DNA of 63,803 bases, filler included, from Choristocarpus tenellus KU-1152 (lineage: Eukaryota > Protista > Phaeophyceae), in assembly GCA_964200185.2 (NCBI GenBank). It is 13 parts of 13 records of this genome, joined end to end, with 100 filler letters (N's around TTAATTAATTAA, not from the genome) between each part and the next. Parts side by side here need not be neighbours in the genome. Positions count along the whole stretch, not along the records: positions 21,344 to 24,542 come from CAXNAD020021600.1; positions 24,643 to 27,228 come from CAXNAD020026522.1; positions 27,329 to 37,571 come from CAXNAD020003049.1; positions 37,672 to 47,897 come from CAXNAD020003059.1; 9 more parts are not named here. One strand, given 5' to 3'. The number at the start of each line of letters is the position of its first letter. Within the stretch, counting starts at the first letter, position 1. Of this stretch, positions 24,041 through 38,260 are shown piece by piece. The notes under the pieces were generated by a model, which saw only the letters and a list, made by a program, of their open reading frames with translations, had not been told where the DNA came from and made no database searches. Position numbers and translations under genes: made by a program.

Positions 24041-24642
24041 AAAATATGTGGATCCATTCTCCTTCCTCACATTCTGACATCGATTGGAATATTGCTCGCA
24101 AGGACTACAATATTCCAAGTGGACAACTCAGACGTACGATGTTGGTGGCTCAACTATTCAAAAAAGGTATGAGGTAGCTGTACGGTCATTACATCGTGTC
24201 TGGGGGATCATGCCCCTCGAAAAACAAAGAACAAGTGTGACTCACCTGTAGTCTCCATCTCTTACCTAGTGGTAGACTTGAATCTTTGTTTTAATAGGGT
24301 TAGTCATTTCATGATGATCAATAATCAATTTCATGTGAACGTGTCATGATGTAATGAACAGCCACCTCTAGCACACGGGTACTAATGTGCCTACTGTCTC
24401 TTCACGACCGCATGTGTCCACTCATGCAAATGAAGAGAGCTGAGAAATAACATAAATTGTATTATTAATATATATAAACACCATCAGACCCAAAGTATCT
24501 GGGAGAGGGGGGGGGGGGCTACACCAGGGTGTCAATTTGGGCNNNNNNNNNNNNNNNNNNNNNNNNNNNNNNNNNNNNNNNNNNNNTTAATTAATTAANN
24601 NNNNNNNNNNNNNNNNNNNNNNNNNNNNNNNNNNNNNNNNNN

Positions 24643-24812
24643 GTGTTAGGAAGTGTCAATATCCATGTTTCGGACACACCTTTCATAACGTATACAATTT
24701 ACCTACGCCTAAACATTTTGGAGTAGGAAAATGTCATTAAAAAATACATGGGAAGTCAAGCCCCAAATGGACAAACAGGGCAAAACTCCTACCTTCGAAG
24801 ATACTTTCACTC
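24643..24812. mobile_element. MITE family B, partial
   Basis: Matches the right two-thirds of 58630-58886; ends AAGATACTTTCACTC. Confidence 0.85.
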
Positions 24813-25357
24813 ACTGACTGGCGCATCATATCCTAGAGGGGTGTGTGTGTGTATTGTGGAAGTACTCCTGTATTTGGGACTTAATAGTGTGTTGCAAGAT
24901 ACCCCAGTTTGATGCCCATTTCGCAGGTGATTTTCCTTGGATTGGTCTAGGCAGGGGGATGGGAAAGGAAGGAAGGTGCATTCACACTAAAGAAACTGCC
25001 CTTGTATCTGAAACGTTCACTTATATGACACAAAATCACTACAGGTTCACACACAGGCCACCAACGGACGCCTGAATCCCCTCTAAGATACTTGTTGTCA
25101 CTGCAATAAAAAAACCAACGACTATGCCCTATTATTAACTCCAATGTAATACATCCCTTCTTACCTTCTTGGTTGTATTCCACCCCTTTGCTGACCCACC
25201 ACGTACTCAAATACTGGGAGGTGGGATTGCCTGGCTGGAGATCTGGCTGGGGGCATGGTGACGAAGATCAACTCACCTGGTCTAGAAAATGTACGAAGGG
25301 GAAAATGGTGAAATGGTGATGGTACCACACCATTGGGATGCCAAAATGAATGATGAA

Positions 25358-25615
25358 GAGTCCAAGTGTCTTAGAGGGTAGAGCCGGGTCCGTTAGGGGG
25401 CCAAAATCCAATATTATGGTTTTGATGTAATTTATCTATCACGTTTGTTAGGAAGTGTCAATATCCGTGTTCCAGACACAGCTTTTCATAACGTATACAT
25501 TTTACCTACTCCAAAAATTTTCGGAGTAGGATTATGTCATAAAAAAAAACGTGGGAAGCCAAGCCCCAAATGGACAAACAGGGAAAAAATAGTGCACTCT
25601 AAGATACTTTCACTC
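25358..25615. mobile_element. MITE family B, full copy
   Basis: GAGTCCAAGTGTCTTAGAGGGTA...CTCTAAGATACTTTCACTC; flanks TGAA/GAAA (imperfect TSD). Confidence 0.85.
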
Positions 25616-25687
25616 GAAATTGATTAGCTGGACAGGGGATAATGCAGCAGAAATGCCTCCCGATGAATATATAGTTAGTACATCCAG

Positions 25688-25948
25688 GACCCAAAGCATT
25701 CGGGCCGTGTCCATTCGGGGTCATAATTCCAATGTTGTGATTTTGATGAATCTTGGCTATTGTGTTTATTAGGAAGTGTCAGTATCCTTGCTTCGGACAC
25801 AACTTTCAGAGTCCTATATATTTTACCTACTTTTGAAATCCGAAATGTTCTCACAGAAAACTGAAAAAGGGCATAAAAAACCTGTCGGAAGCCAAGCCCC
25901 GAACAGAAAAACATGGCAAAACTTCTACCCTCTGTAATGCTTTGGGTC
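25688..25948. mobile_element. MITE family B, diverged copy
   Basis: GACCCAAAGCATT...AATGCTTTGGGTC termini; internal AGGAAGTGTCA and GGAAGCCAAGCCCC motifs. Confidence 0.75.
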
Positions 25949-26552
25949 TAGGAAAAATCTCACTGGCAAACAATACCCTGTTAGTCCCTCAATTATATGC
26001 TAAAAGACAGTGTGTAGTTTGACGTGCAGTTGGCTATTGAATGATAGATTCAGTTGACCAGCATGAAACTGCAAGAAAGGACCAGCATGTGCCTTCAATG
26101 CTTGTCTGCTTCAAAGGCATCATTGTCCTCGTACTCATGACGATAGACAATTGAATGGCTGGAAGGCGTGGTAAAATTGAATATAAAAAATATACTGTTT
26201 CTATAATGTAGTGCACATATATGTACAATATATGCATTGTATAACAGTCCAATAGTCCATGTCCACTTTTTGAATGCAGAGGGACGCAATGAATAGATGC
26301 AAACGCTTGTGTCCACTTCTGTGCTTGAGTTTAGAGTGCAACACTACCTCTGACTATACATCTATGTTTTATGGTTCAAATGCTTACCGTTAAGGACCCT
26401 TTTCAATGCAATTGTAAATTCTTCCCATTATGGGCAGAGCTGTGGATCATTAGCTGTGTAGAAATCGGGATTTTGGTATGCAGAGAACAGGGTGTACAAC
26501 AAATGCATAATTTTTCCCATTTTCTTATGACATATTGTACCTAAACTTTCAC

Positions 26553-26815
26553 CTGAGAACGTCCAGGACCATCCTTTGTCGACCATCAACTGATTCCGAG
26601 TCCAGAGGCACTGCCCCGAAGTGCCTGTAGAGGCGGAAGTTGTCTCTATCCGACCAAAAGGCCTACACCATCAGTGAGTAGATGTTGTATGGGGAGAGGG
26701 GTGGGATACATAGTGGATTACACAGCGGTTGTGGACTTTAACTTGGATTATGGTGATGTGCACTGTGCCGTATTTGACAAGTGTTGCACTGCACTTGGCT
26801 GGGAGATGAGATGAG

Positions 26816-26868
<53 letters not shown>

Positions 26869-27083
26869 CAACCCTCAATACGTTTGAAACTCTTGAAATC
26901 ACTCTTCGTGTTCGGACTGAAAACGTTGTGTTGTGTGCAGGCGCTCCTTGCTTCGCAGGTGTAGACAAAAGGGTACACCTTGTTTAAGAATTTTATTTGA
27001 GAGTTCAAATGGGCAGGAAATGGAGACCAACCTATTGGAATACTTCGAGGGGAGTAGTGGCAGAAGAACACAAGGGTCAGCTC
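26553..27083 (-). CDS. Possible exon cluster of an unidentified gene
   Basis: AG/GT-bounded segments near 27083-27032, 26978-26882 and 26662-26553 can be joined in an open frame (...SRVSN|AFWSDRDNFRLYRHFG...). No domain recognised. Confidence 0.3.
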
Positions 27084-29086
27084 TATGAAATAAATCCAAA
27101 TTGTTTGCATTTCAACCCTCTCCACTTGTGCTCTGCCCCTTACATACCCCTTGCCCTAACGCCGGCTTCATGGTCAAGTCAGCCCCGCACCCTCCCCCCC
27201 CCCCCCCCCCCCCCCCCCCCACCCCCCCNNNNNNNNNNNNNNNNNNNNNNNNNNNNNNNNNNNNNNNNNNNNTTAATTAATTAANNNNNNNNNNNNNNNN
27301 NNNNNNNNNNNNNNNNNNNNNNNNNNNNCCCTTCCCGTCAAAAGCCAAAGCGAAGGAGGTCTAGGAGGTGGGGGGGGGGGGGGGGGAGGGGTGGAGGGGG
27401 GGGGAGGGGGAGAGGGGGAGGTAGAGGGGGAGGTGAGAGCATGCACTTTTTTACTGCACAGTTTCCTTTCCTCCACTACTGGAAGTAGGAATCCTAATCT
27501 GTGTGCTTGTGTGTGTACATAGGCTTCATATAATGTACGGATGTCTGTGTGGAGCCATCGTCTGATATTTTTTCAAGAGGATCCCCTGGACTGTTTTCTC
27601 CCTCTCTTGAGTTTTGATTTGTTACCAAAGTAATTTTTTGTTGTGAAAGGACTCCCACACCTTAGGCATTCCCCTCTTCATCACCTCGGCAATGCCACCT
27701 TTGTTATTTTTGTTATTCCCTGCCCTCTGTATATTTCTCCCTTCACTAAGCCAAAGCTGTTCATATATTTGGTAAGGTTAGAGATATAAACGTAAAAGCA
27801 CATATATATATATATATTTACAAATATGTACTCTTTGTGATTGCTTCATATCCCTAACCCTAACCCTAACTCTAACCTTAGGGTTAGAGTTGACCGTTTG
27901 TTATTTTTCCTAGTCAACCTTATTAATAGAGTACCAATCTCCCTTTAAGAGTAACCAAGACACTAATGTCGTAACGTCCTTCAATTTTCCTCAAATTCAA
28001 ACATGTAGCCCAAATCAGAATGATTGCACACACACGTCATGACAATGATCGAGATCACAAACCTTCCCCTCATACTGTTTCATGCCATGATATTCATAGA
28101 GCACTGTTCAAACAAGGTGCTAGTCTATAGATTGAAACTGCTGCCTCGAACAAAGGCGTTAGGAGTTGGCAATCTTATCTGCCTGTCTGCGAGCTTGTAG
28201 CCATTTCTCCCAATGTTTCTTGAAAATATTTGACCACTGATGTTGAACACTGTATACTTTGGACCATTGTTTTTGGAATGCTGTATATATCGGACCAGTG
28301 GTGTTGGAACACTGGAATACTGATACTGAATGAAGGATATATCACAATAAATGGAAAAATGATGGAATTTGGAAAATTTTGCATGAAAATGTTTTTATGC
28401 CTGTGCTATATACTGTGTCATGGTGGCAAATCTGAGGGTGACTCTTTGCTTGTGTGTGGACGTGGCAAATTCCTTTCAGCATATTGTATGGGTTTCCATA
28501 CATATGCAAAGGCATTCATACCGGCATGCTCTTACCTCTTGAGATAAGGGGCAAACAGAATGCCGGGTGAGCTGAGACCTGACATCTCTAGTCTTGATGG
28601 AATAGACTAGGCAGGATCTGAGTCAACCCCCCATGAGTACCCGCTTAGTTTCTTAGATTTTCATCTCAAAGTTTACATATCCGTATCCTCTTGAGCCATA
28701 CAGGATGCCTTCTCACAACCTATTTCTATCCTCTCCATGTAGGAAGCTGTGAAATCAGCCTGGTTGGTGTTTGAACCCATGACCTCTGATTTTGGCAATA
28801 CCTTGAGATGGTGCTAATCCTCCTGAGACAATCCTCTTGCTCAAGATTGTTTCCTTGGTGAAATTGTGGTATCTCTCAATATCTTTACATTCCATCCCCA
28901 ATCAACAACATACTAGTCCTGTTCTGACCATAACCCTTAGCCTATATTTTATTTTTGTGTGTCCTAACCCTAAGTTAAGCCACACCTGTGTCGTGGCTCT
29001 GCCCTCCCCCCCAAAAAACAAGAAAAAATATGGTTAACCCTCCCTGAAAAAAAGTGCAAAACTATTGGAATAATTGAATATACAAG

Positions 29087-32000
29087 GTTCAAGGAAGAGG
29101 GGTGGGCAAGACAGTGACAGCGACAGCGAATTTGATGAGGGGAGCAATGCCTCTGAATCTGGTGGGGAGGAAGAGGGCGACTCTGATGATGGCAATGTAC
29201 ATGCATCTCCGGTCCTAGGAAAGAGGTGACATATACATCATATATGTGCATATATACATACAATACATACATACATCCCTGAATTCCTTTTTGCCATTAT
29301 TAATTTTAAAAAGAAAAAGAGAGTGTTTTTGGGGTTAGGGCTAGGGTTAGGGTTAGGTTACCAGGGTTGCAAGAGTACTATTTTCCTCCTCACCCTCACA
29401 TCTACCCCAATGTTTGTCTGTCTCTTGTCTTTGCACACTCTGAACCCTGTAGATGATTACTTATGCCCAACCTCAAGCCCCTAGCCCCTAACTCTCCTCC
29501 TATCACAAGCAGCACCTAGACAGGGTACATGCCTGAATCTACCCAATCAGGAGTTATTTTGTAAGGATAGAAGATCAAGAAGAGCCTCATTTTTTTGGCA
29601 TGGCTTCAACTTTTGCTTGAGGCATTTTCTACACACAAACACTCTTCAACTTGCCATGAACAAAAAAAGTTTCTACAATTATTTTTCTTGTTTTTCTTCT
29701 CTGTGACCTCTTAAAAAGTACGGAAGTATGTTTGATTAACTTGCATCGCTAGTAGTTTCTGATACCATTGTCAACACAATAATCGAGGAATCATGTTGTA
29801 ATTGTGTTGCAATTGTGTTGTTGTGAGTGTGTTGTAATCATGTTGTAATTGTGTTGCAATTGTGTTGTTTGTGAGTGTATTTTGATCATGTTGTAATTGT
29901 GTTGTTTGTGAGTGTGTTTTAATCATGTTGCAATTGTGTTGTTTGTGAGTGTGTTTTAATCATGTTGTAATTGTGTTGCAATTGTGTTGCAATTATGTTG
30001 CGCATCAGGAAGAAGGGTCAACAATCTCGCGGCGGTGCCAGCGCTTCCAAGACCCAGGCAAGAAATACTCCCAAGGCGAAAAGGGGCAAGGGCAGCAGTG
30101 GTGGCAGTGCCAAAAACAGTGGCAAAGGAAGAGGCAACAAGTCAAGCACCCCTAAGAAGAGGTCCAAGTCTGGCAGGAAAGGTGTACGTGATGATGGTGG
30201 TGACAATAGTGATGGCGGTGATGCCAGCAGTGATGAGGAAAGTGATGAGGGTGGCAATATGGATGACTTGCTCATGGACTGGGGGCCGGAGTCCGGGGGA
30301 GGGGGGGCTGCAGGGGGGAAGGGAGGGGCAGGAGCAGGAGGGATAGAAGAGGAAGGCGTGAATACGCTATTTGAAGCTGTTCGCAGGAATGCTGCTCTTG
30401 CAGCTGTGGTGGAGGACTGGGTACGAGGATCAACCCTAATCCTAACTCCAAACCTGACCCTACCCCTAACCCTAAAACGTACAGAGATGGAGAAGTGTTT
30501 ATGTATGTATGTATTTATGTACTTTTTTTTTCTCTATCAAAAGTGGTGCTTTGATTTGTTCAGCGTTCCTTCACATTTTTTAGTATTTTGCTCATTTTTG
30601 GGGGGGGTCAATCTTCTCAGGTACAAACACGGTATTTTTTTCCCCTCAAATCTTTGCCTTTATAATATATATATATATATATATATATCCTCTTTATTTA
30701 TTTTTGGGGGACAATAACTACATTTTTTATAGTACTGTGTTTCAAAATGTTGGAGTGGTCTTTTCCCAGTAAGAACAAAGGGTTAGGGTTAGGGAACAAA
30801 GCCTCAATTGCTGAACGGAAAGGATCAAGGCAAGAGTCAACAATTATTATTCCCTTAGTTGTTGCACACCCATCTATATGCTCGTTTTCCCTTTATGGCT
30901 GATGAACTAATCCTTGTGCTTTGGTCTATGGTTATGCACATGTAAGTATATTATGTACCTGTTGACCTTATTCATATGTGTATATATATGTACCTGTTGA
31001 CCTTATTCATATGTGTATATATATGTACCTGTTGACCTTATTCATATGTATATTATGTATATGTTGACCTTATTTTTATGTGTATATATATGTACCTGTT
31101 GACCTTATTCATATGTATATATATATATCTGTTGACCTTATTCATATGTACATATATTATATATCTAGTTGACCTTATTCATATGTACATATATTATGTA
31201 TCTCTTGACCTTATTCATATGTACATATATTGTATATCTAGTTGACCTTATTCATATGTACATATATTATGTATCTCTTGACCTTATTCATATGTACATA
31301 TATTGTATATCTAGTTGACCTTATTCATATGTACATATATTATGTATCTGTCGACCTTATTCATATGTACATGTATTGTGTATCTGTTGATGGGGGTGGT
31401 ATGATTGATGATGAAGATGTATGTGATTAGAGTCGGTACTAGATCGGTAGAGGGATAACGGCCTATCAAGAATATTCATGCATGCAAGTGCCTTTGTATG
31501 TTTGCCTCACACAGGCGATACTTATTTTCTTTCCAATCTCTGGGCTCGGGTGACCCTTGAATGAAAAGAAAATCCTTAAGAATTGTATCTCTGATAGGGT
31601 TAGGGAACGCAAGTCAACCCTAACCCTAGCACATAAAGTACACAAAGTAGTTAGTAGTTGTGTAGTTGTACCCAGCCACGTTAGAGATTTTGAGTTACGA
31701 GGTGAGATGGTTCCGGCATTACCCTTACGATTTTTTAGTTTTTTAACTATAATTCACTTGTTTTGTGTTGGTTGTGTGTATGAAGGTGGTTAGGTATGAG
31801 AAAGACCCAGGTGTCGCCATGGAGGAGATGCTCAACATGGTCTTGCTGTCCTGTGGTGCTCCATACACTGTCCAGGAAGGGGAGGAGTACCAACCATACA
31901 CGCCCCCTGAGGTTAGAGAAGCAGGACTAATAATAGATTAGGATTAGTGTCAGGGGTAGGGTTATGGCTAAGGTAGGACTGTAGGATAGAACTGTATAGT

Positions 32001-35000
32001 AGGTAGGGTTAGAGCTAGGCTGGGATGTAGGATAGAATGATGGGATAAGAAAATGTTGGGGTTAGGGCTAGGGCTAGCTAAGGATTTGAAATATGGTAGG
32101 GGTTATGGCTACTAGTGAATCGTAACAATTCAATCACTGTAATTCAATTTTAGGGTTAGGGTTAATCAAAGTTAATATTGAGGGGTGATTTTGATTGGAT
32201 GCATTTCAAGTGGAGCTCTGCGATTTGTGCACCTTCATTAATGCACTGCATGAATGTTCTGATTATTGTCAAGAGTACATTGAATTTTTTTCAGGTGAAT
32301 TAACTTTTTCTCCCGAATACTTTTTATCCACAACAATAGTGGTTACAACAATAGTGGTTACAGCTACAACCAAGATTAGAGTAAGAAGTTTAGATCTTAT
32401 TGTGTGTTGAAGTAGGTCTGGCTTAGGGCAAGGACCAGGGTTAGGGTTAGGTATTGGTATAGGTATAGTGTTCTGATTACAGGCCTTGAGTTGAAGTGCT
32501 TAGAAAGTTAATTGGAATGAATGAAGTTATTTTTTGTTGTTCTTGATACACATCTAGTGCTTTCTTCTTCTCTTCCAGTTAAATCCTTAAATAAGATTAT
32601 GTAACCAGTTGAGCTGAGGGGCTCATGACTACTTACATACAATTGTTTACAGGGGGTCTATGTGCCAGATATGAGTGATGAGGAGTGGTCAGAGGTGATG
32701 GATCGATTCTTACAAGATATCAAGGATGCTCCAGCCACCACGAAGGAAGGAGGTGGAGGAGGTATTGGGGGCGGTGTCGGCCCCTTCCCCCTGGCTGATG
32801 CCCCCAAAGGAAAGGCTGGTAAGGTAAGAGTCCCAACAGATACTTGTCTTTGGGGGGGGTAGTAGTAGGGGGAGGGGAGGGGGAGGGGGGGGGCTGGGAG
32901 GGAAGTTTTCCAGAATATGGCAGGCCTTAGAGTGCTCCTGTGCAAGACTAGAGGGACATTGCCCACCAAGCAGTGCTTGGACACTTGATGAGAAACCAGT
33001 GGCATTTTTTTTTAATGGAAGTCATAGCTGTAATACTGACTCATCAAGGAGGCCAACAGCACAAGATGAGGATAGGGGCAGCAGAGTGAGAGACTTAGCA
33101 TCCCTCAAGAAACTTCGAACCTTTGATTATTAAAGCATTTGGAATACTGTTACTTAACAATACAAAAGTAGAACTCCAAGTTGTGCAACGCATTCAACAT
33201 TGTATCATACAGAAAAACAAAAGGAAATGTAAGTAGTGAATTCTACCAGTACCTATGGGTTGCTATTAGTGACTCACCATGATAGTTGGAACATTTTCAT
33301 CAATCAAACAGCATGTCTTTGTGGAATATTTCACTACCTTGGAGTATGCAAATATATCAACTACTGATAAGATGATACAAATTTCAGAATATCTTTATGT
33401 ATCATCCAATATATGTATCTTTGGAATATTCCCTTACTTTGAAGTATAATTGTATCAATTTCCGATAAGATGATGCAAATTTCACATCATACTATATATA
33501 TATATCATTCAAACATGTATCACACTTTTTCCCCTCTGAATGGCAGGCTCTGAGGAAGTTTCGACTCAACTATCTGGAGGTTTTTCGACGCCTTGCAGAG
33601 GCGTCTAGGAGGGGTATCAGTCACAATACACGCGCACTGATGGATGTGGTGGATACATTGACAATTATGTCAGGACAGGAGTCTGCAGATGTTCGGATGG
33701 CTGCCATTCTTGCTGCCATGGAGGTGTAACTCATGCAATAAGTGTTCACTCTGTGCCATGTTCATTTGTTTTTGTTGAGGATTACAGGGTTTTATTGCTG
33801 TTACTACAGGGTTTGGATTCTTGGTTTTGGGCTTGAGTTCAGGTTTGGGTTTGGGTGTGGGTTCAGGTTCAGGTTCAGGTTCGGGTTCGTGTCTGGAATG
33901 CATATTTCACAAAAATATTTGGCATATTTTGTAAGGTAAATGATGACATTTGGAGTAACAGGGAAATGTTTGGAGTAGCACAAATGGTATATTTTTTCGA
34001 TGTGTGATTGAATGCATTACAAAGATCAGAGTTGAGAATGGGAATGGGAATGTGTATGACAACCCCCTCTGCCAATGGATAGGGTATATGTACGGTATAT
34101 ACAGCAGTGTATCCTTTGAACATATTTGTTAAAGGTGTGCAACAACAGATAGGGTTATTGGCATGTCCTTGGAAAGTTATGATAGGTACCCCTGCAATTC
34201 AATCTTCAACTCCTCGCCCCTACATGTAGTGACAGCAATACTCATGTGTTTTATTTGCTTATATTGAACAAGTAGGAATTTCTTATTTGACTATGACTCA
34301 GAAGTTGTGAGATGTTGTCTGTAGGGTATCTGCATTCGCACCATAGCACAAAGAGTTGTTCGTGCACAAATGCTTGTAGAGATTAATAACAGGGTTTCAA
34401 GTGTATGGGAGGTGTTGCCCACATCCTTCTTTTCGGATTGTTTGCATGTATGGCAGAAACACAAGAAGTGGTGAAAAAAAGTGAGTGTTTCCAATGCCTG
34501 GAAAGGCGTTACCTGTGTACCAAGTTGGATTGATTTTGCATGTGCACTATGTATATAGAGCCAGTGCATGCACAAATGCCACACAAAATTCAGGGGTTTC
34601 CAACACCATGGAAGGAGTGTTGCCTGTGTTACTTTGATTCAAGTATCTTCCCCCTATTTTAGTAAACTCTTCACTACATTATTTGTAATTTCTTGAGGAA
34701 CAAATGCTGGTTGGAACATTGTTAATCTAACCTATTTTCTACTACTACTACTATCATTATTATTATAATTATTAATGTTAATATTACTATTACTATTATC
34801 ATTATTGTGCATATTTTTTTGTCACCTTCAATAGAAATATTTCTATGCATAAAATGTATACACTTGCGAGCAATAGGAAATGAAATGTCAGTGTGTGTGT
34901 GTGTGTGTTTTGTTCAGAACTCCAAGTCATCCTACACCTCTCAGGGCTAGGGTTAGTGGGGGGGGTGGAGGGGAGGTGGGGCATCATCCTGTGCCTTTGA

Positions 35001-37446
35001 ACTGACTTTAAAGTATACGTCAACTTAATCAACAAGGTAGGTTGGCCTTGGATTGGCCATCGCTCGCAAGGAGTTGGAGGCCAAGCAGGCGGTTGCAATG
35101 AGACAGCTCAACAACGCTGCCAAGCCCAAATCAAAGGAAGGTGGTGCTGGTAGAAAGGTCAAGGGCCTCAGGAACCAGGTGGGTTATATTTTGATGATAT
35201 GCTTTGGATAAGATTTTAGCCCCAACCTAACCCTAACCCTAACCCTTATGGGGACAAGATGTGGGTGCTCTGCTCACATAAGTGGATAGTAGATTTTACC
35301 CCTAATATATATGCTTTTGAAGCATAGTATTGCTCTAACCCTAACCCCAATCATATCTTAGTTCCAACTCTAGAGGCCTTGTGGCTGTACTTCTCTCATA
35401 TGGTTCAGAAGCCAACTTTTAGATCCTGATTGCAACCCTTAGAGACAAGGTGGGTGGGTACACTGTGCTCTACCTGAGTACTTTTCCCCTAAGATGCTAT
35501 GTTAGCCTTAGCCCGAACTAATGTTACTTCCATGCTATTTTGGGTTAGGGTTAGGGTTAGGGTTATCATTAGCATTTTGTTGGGAGACCTTTCTCCACCC
35601 TTTTTCTCTCTCTCTCCCTCCCTCCCTCCCTCCCTCTCTATCTCATTTTTATTTTTATTTTTATTTTTTTAGGTGGACCGCCTGGAGAAGGCTGTGGAGG
35701 GCATCAGTGGGTGCTTGGAGAAGGTGAATAAACTAGTAGAATAGATAATGAATGTGCACATAAATTTAGTGCAAAATCTTTAGGGGGACAAAGGCACCGG
35801 ATTATTGAAGAAAGATCACATGGATTATTAGACATCAAGTCTGTTGATTTTTATTTGTTGAAATGTACGTTTGTATGTATGTATGTGTTAGGTATTATGT
35901 ATGTATGTATTATGTATGTATGTATGTATTTATGTATGTATTATGTATGTATGTATGTATTGTTGGGTTGGGTTTTTAATGGATAGGGTTAGGGTTACAC
36001 TCACCGGAGTGATCCTACACAAGCTTCGCCAACTGATTACTACATCTACAGGCTGACAAAGATTGCAAATGTCACTCAGGTCGAAATTCTGTCTCCATTC
36101 CTTCAAGTTGAAGGGGATTGGTCTCGGAGGGGTCTGTTGTTTTCATGAAAAAAAAGTGTTGTGGTGGACAAAAAGTGAGAATTTTCCTGCTCTCCTGAAT
36201 GCTTTGAGCATTTCAGATCCACTGTGAAAGATCGAAATGTATGACTTTTTGAAGTGTAGGAGTGCAATATTGTTCTGGATTTTCATGAATAAATTACCAC
36301 CAAGATTTGGTTCCTCTCTAATTTGAACTCGTAAATTTGAGTCAGCATTTAGGTAAAGTGCTCTACTTGACTATCTCATGACAAGGAGACTCTGTGGATG
36401 TTTGGACCTGTAGCTTGAGGTTATTATTGTTGACTTAGACCTCTCCGTAGCAATCGTGGTGACCAGCTCCGCCCAGAGCTAAGTCAGATTTTCAATCTTT
36501 TCCATTTTTAGCATCGATGAAGACAAAACAATAAAGGTGTCGATAACCCCTAACCCTAAGAATTAGTTGTGCAAACTGAATGTACTCACAGAACAGCACC
36601 AAACAAGATGCACTCCACAGCTGCGGACTATGTGCTCCAAAAACCTGTGTCACCAGAAAGTCAGGGGGTCCTTATTTAAGACTCAGCAACTTCTCCTCTT
36701 CATTACTTCTACCCCCTAACCCTATATTTGACAATAGGACTGGTACCACTGCTCGTAGGACACTCCCTCTTACGCAGTTTTTCACAGGTAGTGGATGGCG
36801 TACTCAACTAACTAAACTGGTACACTGATTCAAACTCTATCCCTAACCTTGGTACAATAGCGCTGACACTATCAAGGCCTTTCTTCCTGTGCCGTCTTGT
36901 CTTTTTCAGGTATTGGATGGCGTTTTCAAGCACCGGTACAAGGACGTCAGTGCCAAGGTTAGGGAGGAAGCATTGACAGCCATGGGCAAGTGGATGCTTG
37001 CACTGCCGGATGCCTTCCTGCAGGTGTGAAAACCCTCAGCTTGTTACACACAGCAGATACTTGCACCCATAAACTTGGGAGCAACTAGGTGGTATGCTGC
37101 ATGCGCGTGTGCAGCATCATTGTGATTGTCAATATCACCCAGTACAGCTCTACACATCCTTACCCTAGTGTGCCACCAACACTTACAGCCCTCACCACTC
37201 CTGCTGAACCCAGAGTTAGGGTTAGGGGCACTGAAACTGCTACCACTCTATGTGTTCCACTCCTAACTCCTCAGGTTGCAAAGCCACCCTATCCCCTAGT
37301 TCTATTGCTTGTGCAAACACGGCATTTTTTTTCAAAAACCTGACCCTTGACACCATCCCCGCTACCCACATCAGGATGCCACGGCAAGATACCTTGGTTG
37401 GAGTCTCAGCGACAAGGCTGCTAATGTTCGATTGGCAGTACTGCAG
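29087..37446 (+). CDS. SCC3: Cohesin subunit SCC3/STAG (stromalin), partial multi-exon gene
   Basis: Exons 29087-29225, 30009-30420, 31786-31911, 32653-32823, 33547-33723, 35041-35178, 35673-35723, 36910-37023 and 37375-37446 splice in frame. Motifs TLFEAVR..VVEDWVVRYEKD, LRKFRLNY..DVRMAAILAAME (STAG domain) and GVFKHRYKDV..VR...MGKWM..PDAFL..YLGWSLSDK (stromalin conservative domain). Both ends of the gene are missing or unresolved. Confidence 0.93.
29788..30000. repeat. Intronic compound tandem repeat of ~11-nt modules
   Basis: AATCATGTTGT/AATTGTGTTGC/TTGTGAGTGT blocks repeated ~5 times up to the splice acceptor at 30008. Confidence 0.85.
30945..31390. repeat. Intronic ~36-bp minisatellite x ~12
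   Basis: GTTGACCTTATTCATATGTACATATATTATGTATCT-like units. Confidence 0.92.
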
Positions 37447-37671
37447 GCAAGCTTCCTCTTGGCTCAATGTTGTATGCACTCATTTTGTTCTACGTTGCTT
37501 GTTGTGAAGTACAGGAAGTTCCGCTGAATTGGTATGCATGTGCAATCTCATTGGGTCAAAGTATCTGGGGGNNNNNNNNNNNNNNNNNNNNNNNNNNNNN
37601 NNNNNNNNNNNNNNNTTAATTAATTAANNNNNNNNNNNNNNNNNNNNNNNNNNNNNNNNNNNNNNNNNNNN

Positions 37672-38260
37672 CTGGAGGATATTGCAGGAAAGGAGTAGTT
37701 AAATCCAGGCTACGCCAAATTATTTCAGTGACTACACAAGTGGCATTGTCTCGACGTGTCATGCGCTTTAAACTAGAGTCACCAGGGAGATGGGCACGGA
37801 GGGGTTTGTTGGATTCTTGGGATGCCTCCCTAGCTTCCCCCCCCAGGGCGCAGGAGTAGGTAGATAGGAAGCACACGAAGACAGTAGTACAATATTGATA
37901 ATGGTGAAGTAACTGATAGATTAGTGGTGGGTTTCACACTTACAGTGTTTTATGGTGTTTTCACATTTATGGTGTTCTATTTCTTTAGGGCTAATAATGA
38001 CATATGTATAGTTTTCATTGGTTTTCCAACTGACACATCTGCAAAATGGAGAGGGCATAATAATATATAAATGAGTAGTACAATATTTGATACTGGTGAA
38101 GTAACTGATTAGTGGTTTTCACACTTAGAGTGTTTTATAGTGTTCTCACGTTTAGAATATTTTATTATTTCTTTAGGGCTAATAACGACATATGTATAGT
38201 TTTCATTGGTTTTCCCCCTGACACATCTGCAAAATGTCAGAGGGCATAATAATAAAAATA
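37672..38260 (+). mobile_element. CRE-like retrotransposon 3' fragment with tandemly duplicated 3' UTR/hairpin
   Basis: GGYCRKGVVKSRLRQIISVTTQVALSRRVMRFKLE; 3' UTR present at 37885-38070 and again at 38075-38260. Confidence 0.82.

Noticed and set aside
27329-27432. Possible further upstream SCC3 exon ending GAG|GTGAG
   Set aside because: Mostly G homopolymers at a contig end, so the frame cannot be trusted.
29971-30717. 248-aa ORF as a standalone gene
   Set aside because: Only 30009-30420 is exon; the rest is read-through into repeat and intron sequence.
30945-31390. ~36-bp repeats as a CRISPR array
   Set aside because: Pure tandem minisatellite inside an SCC3 intron.
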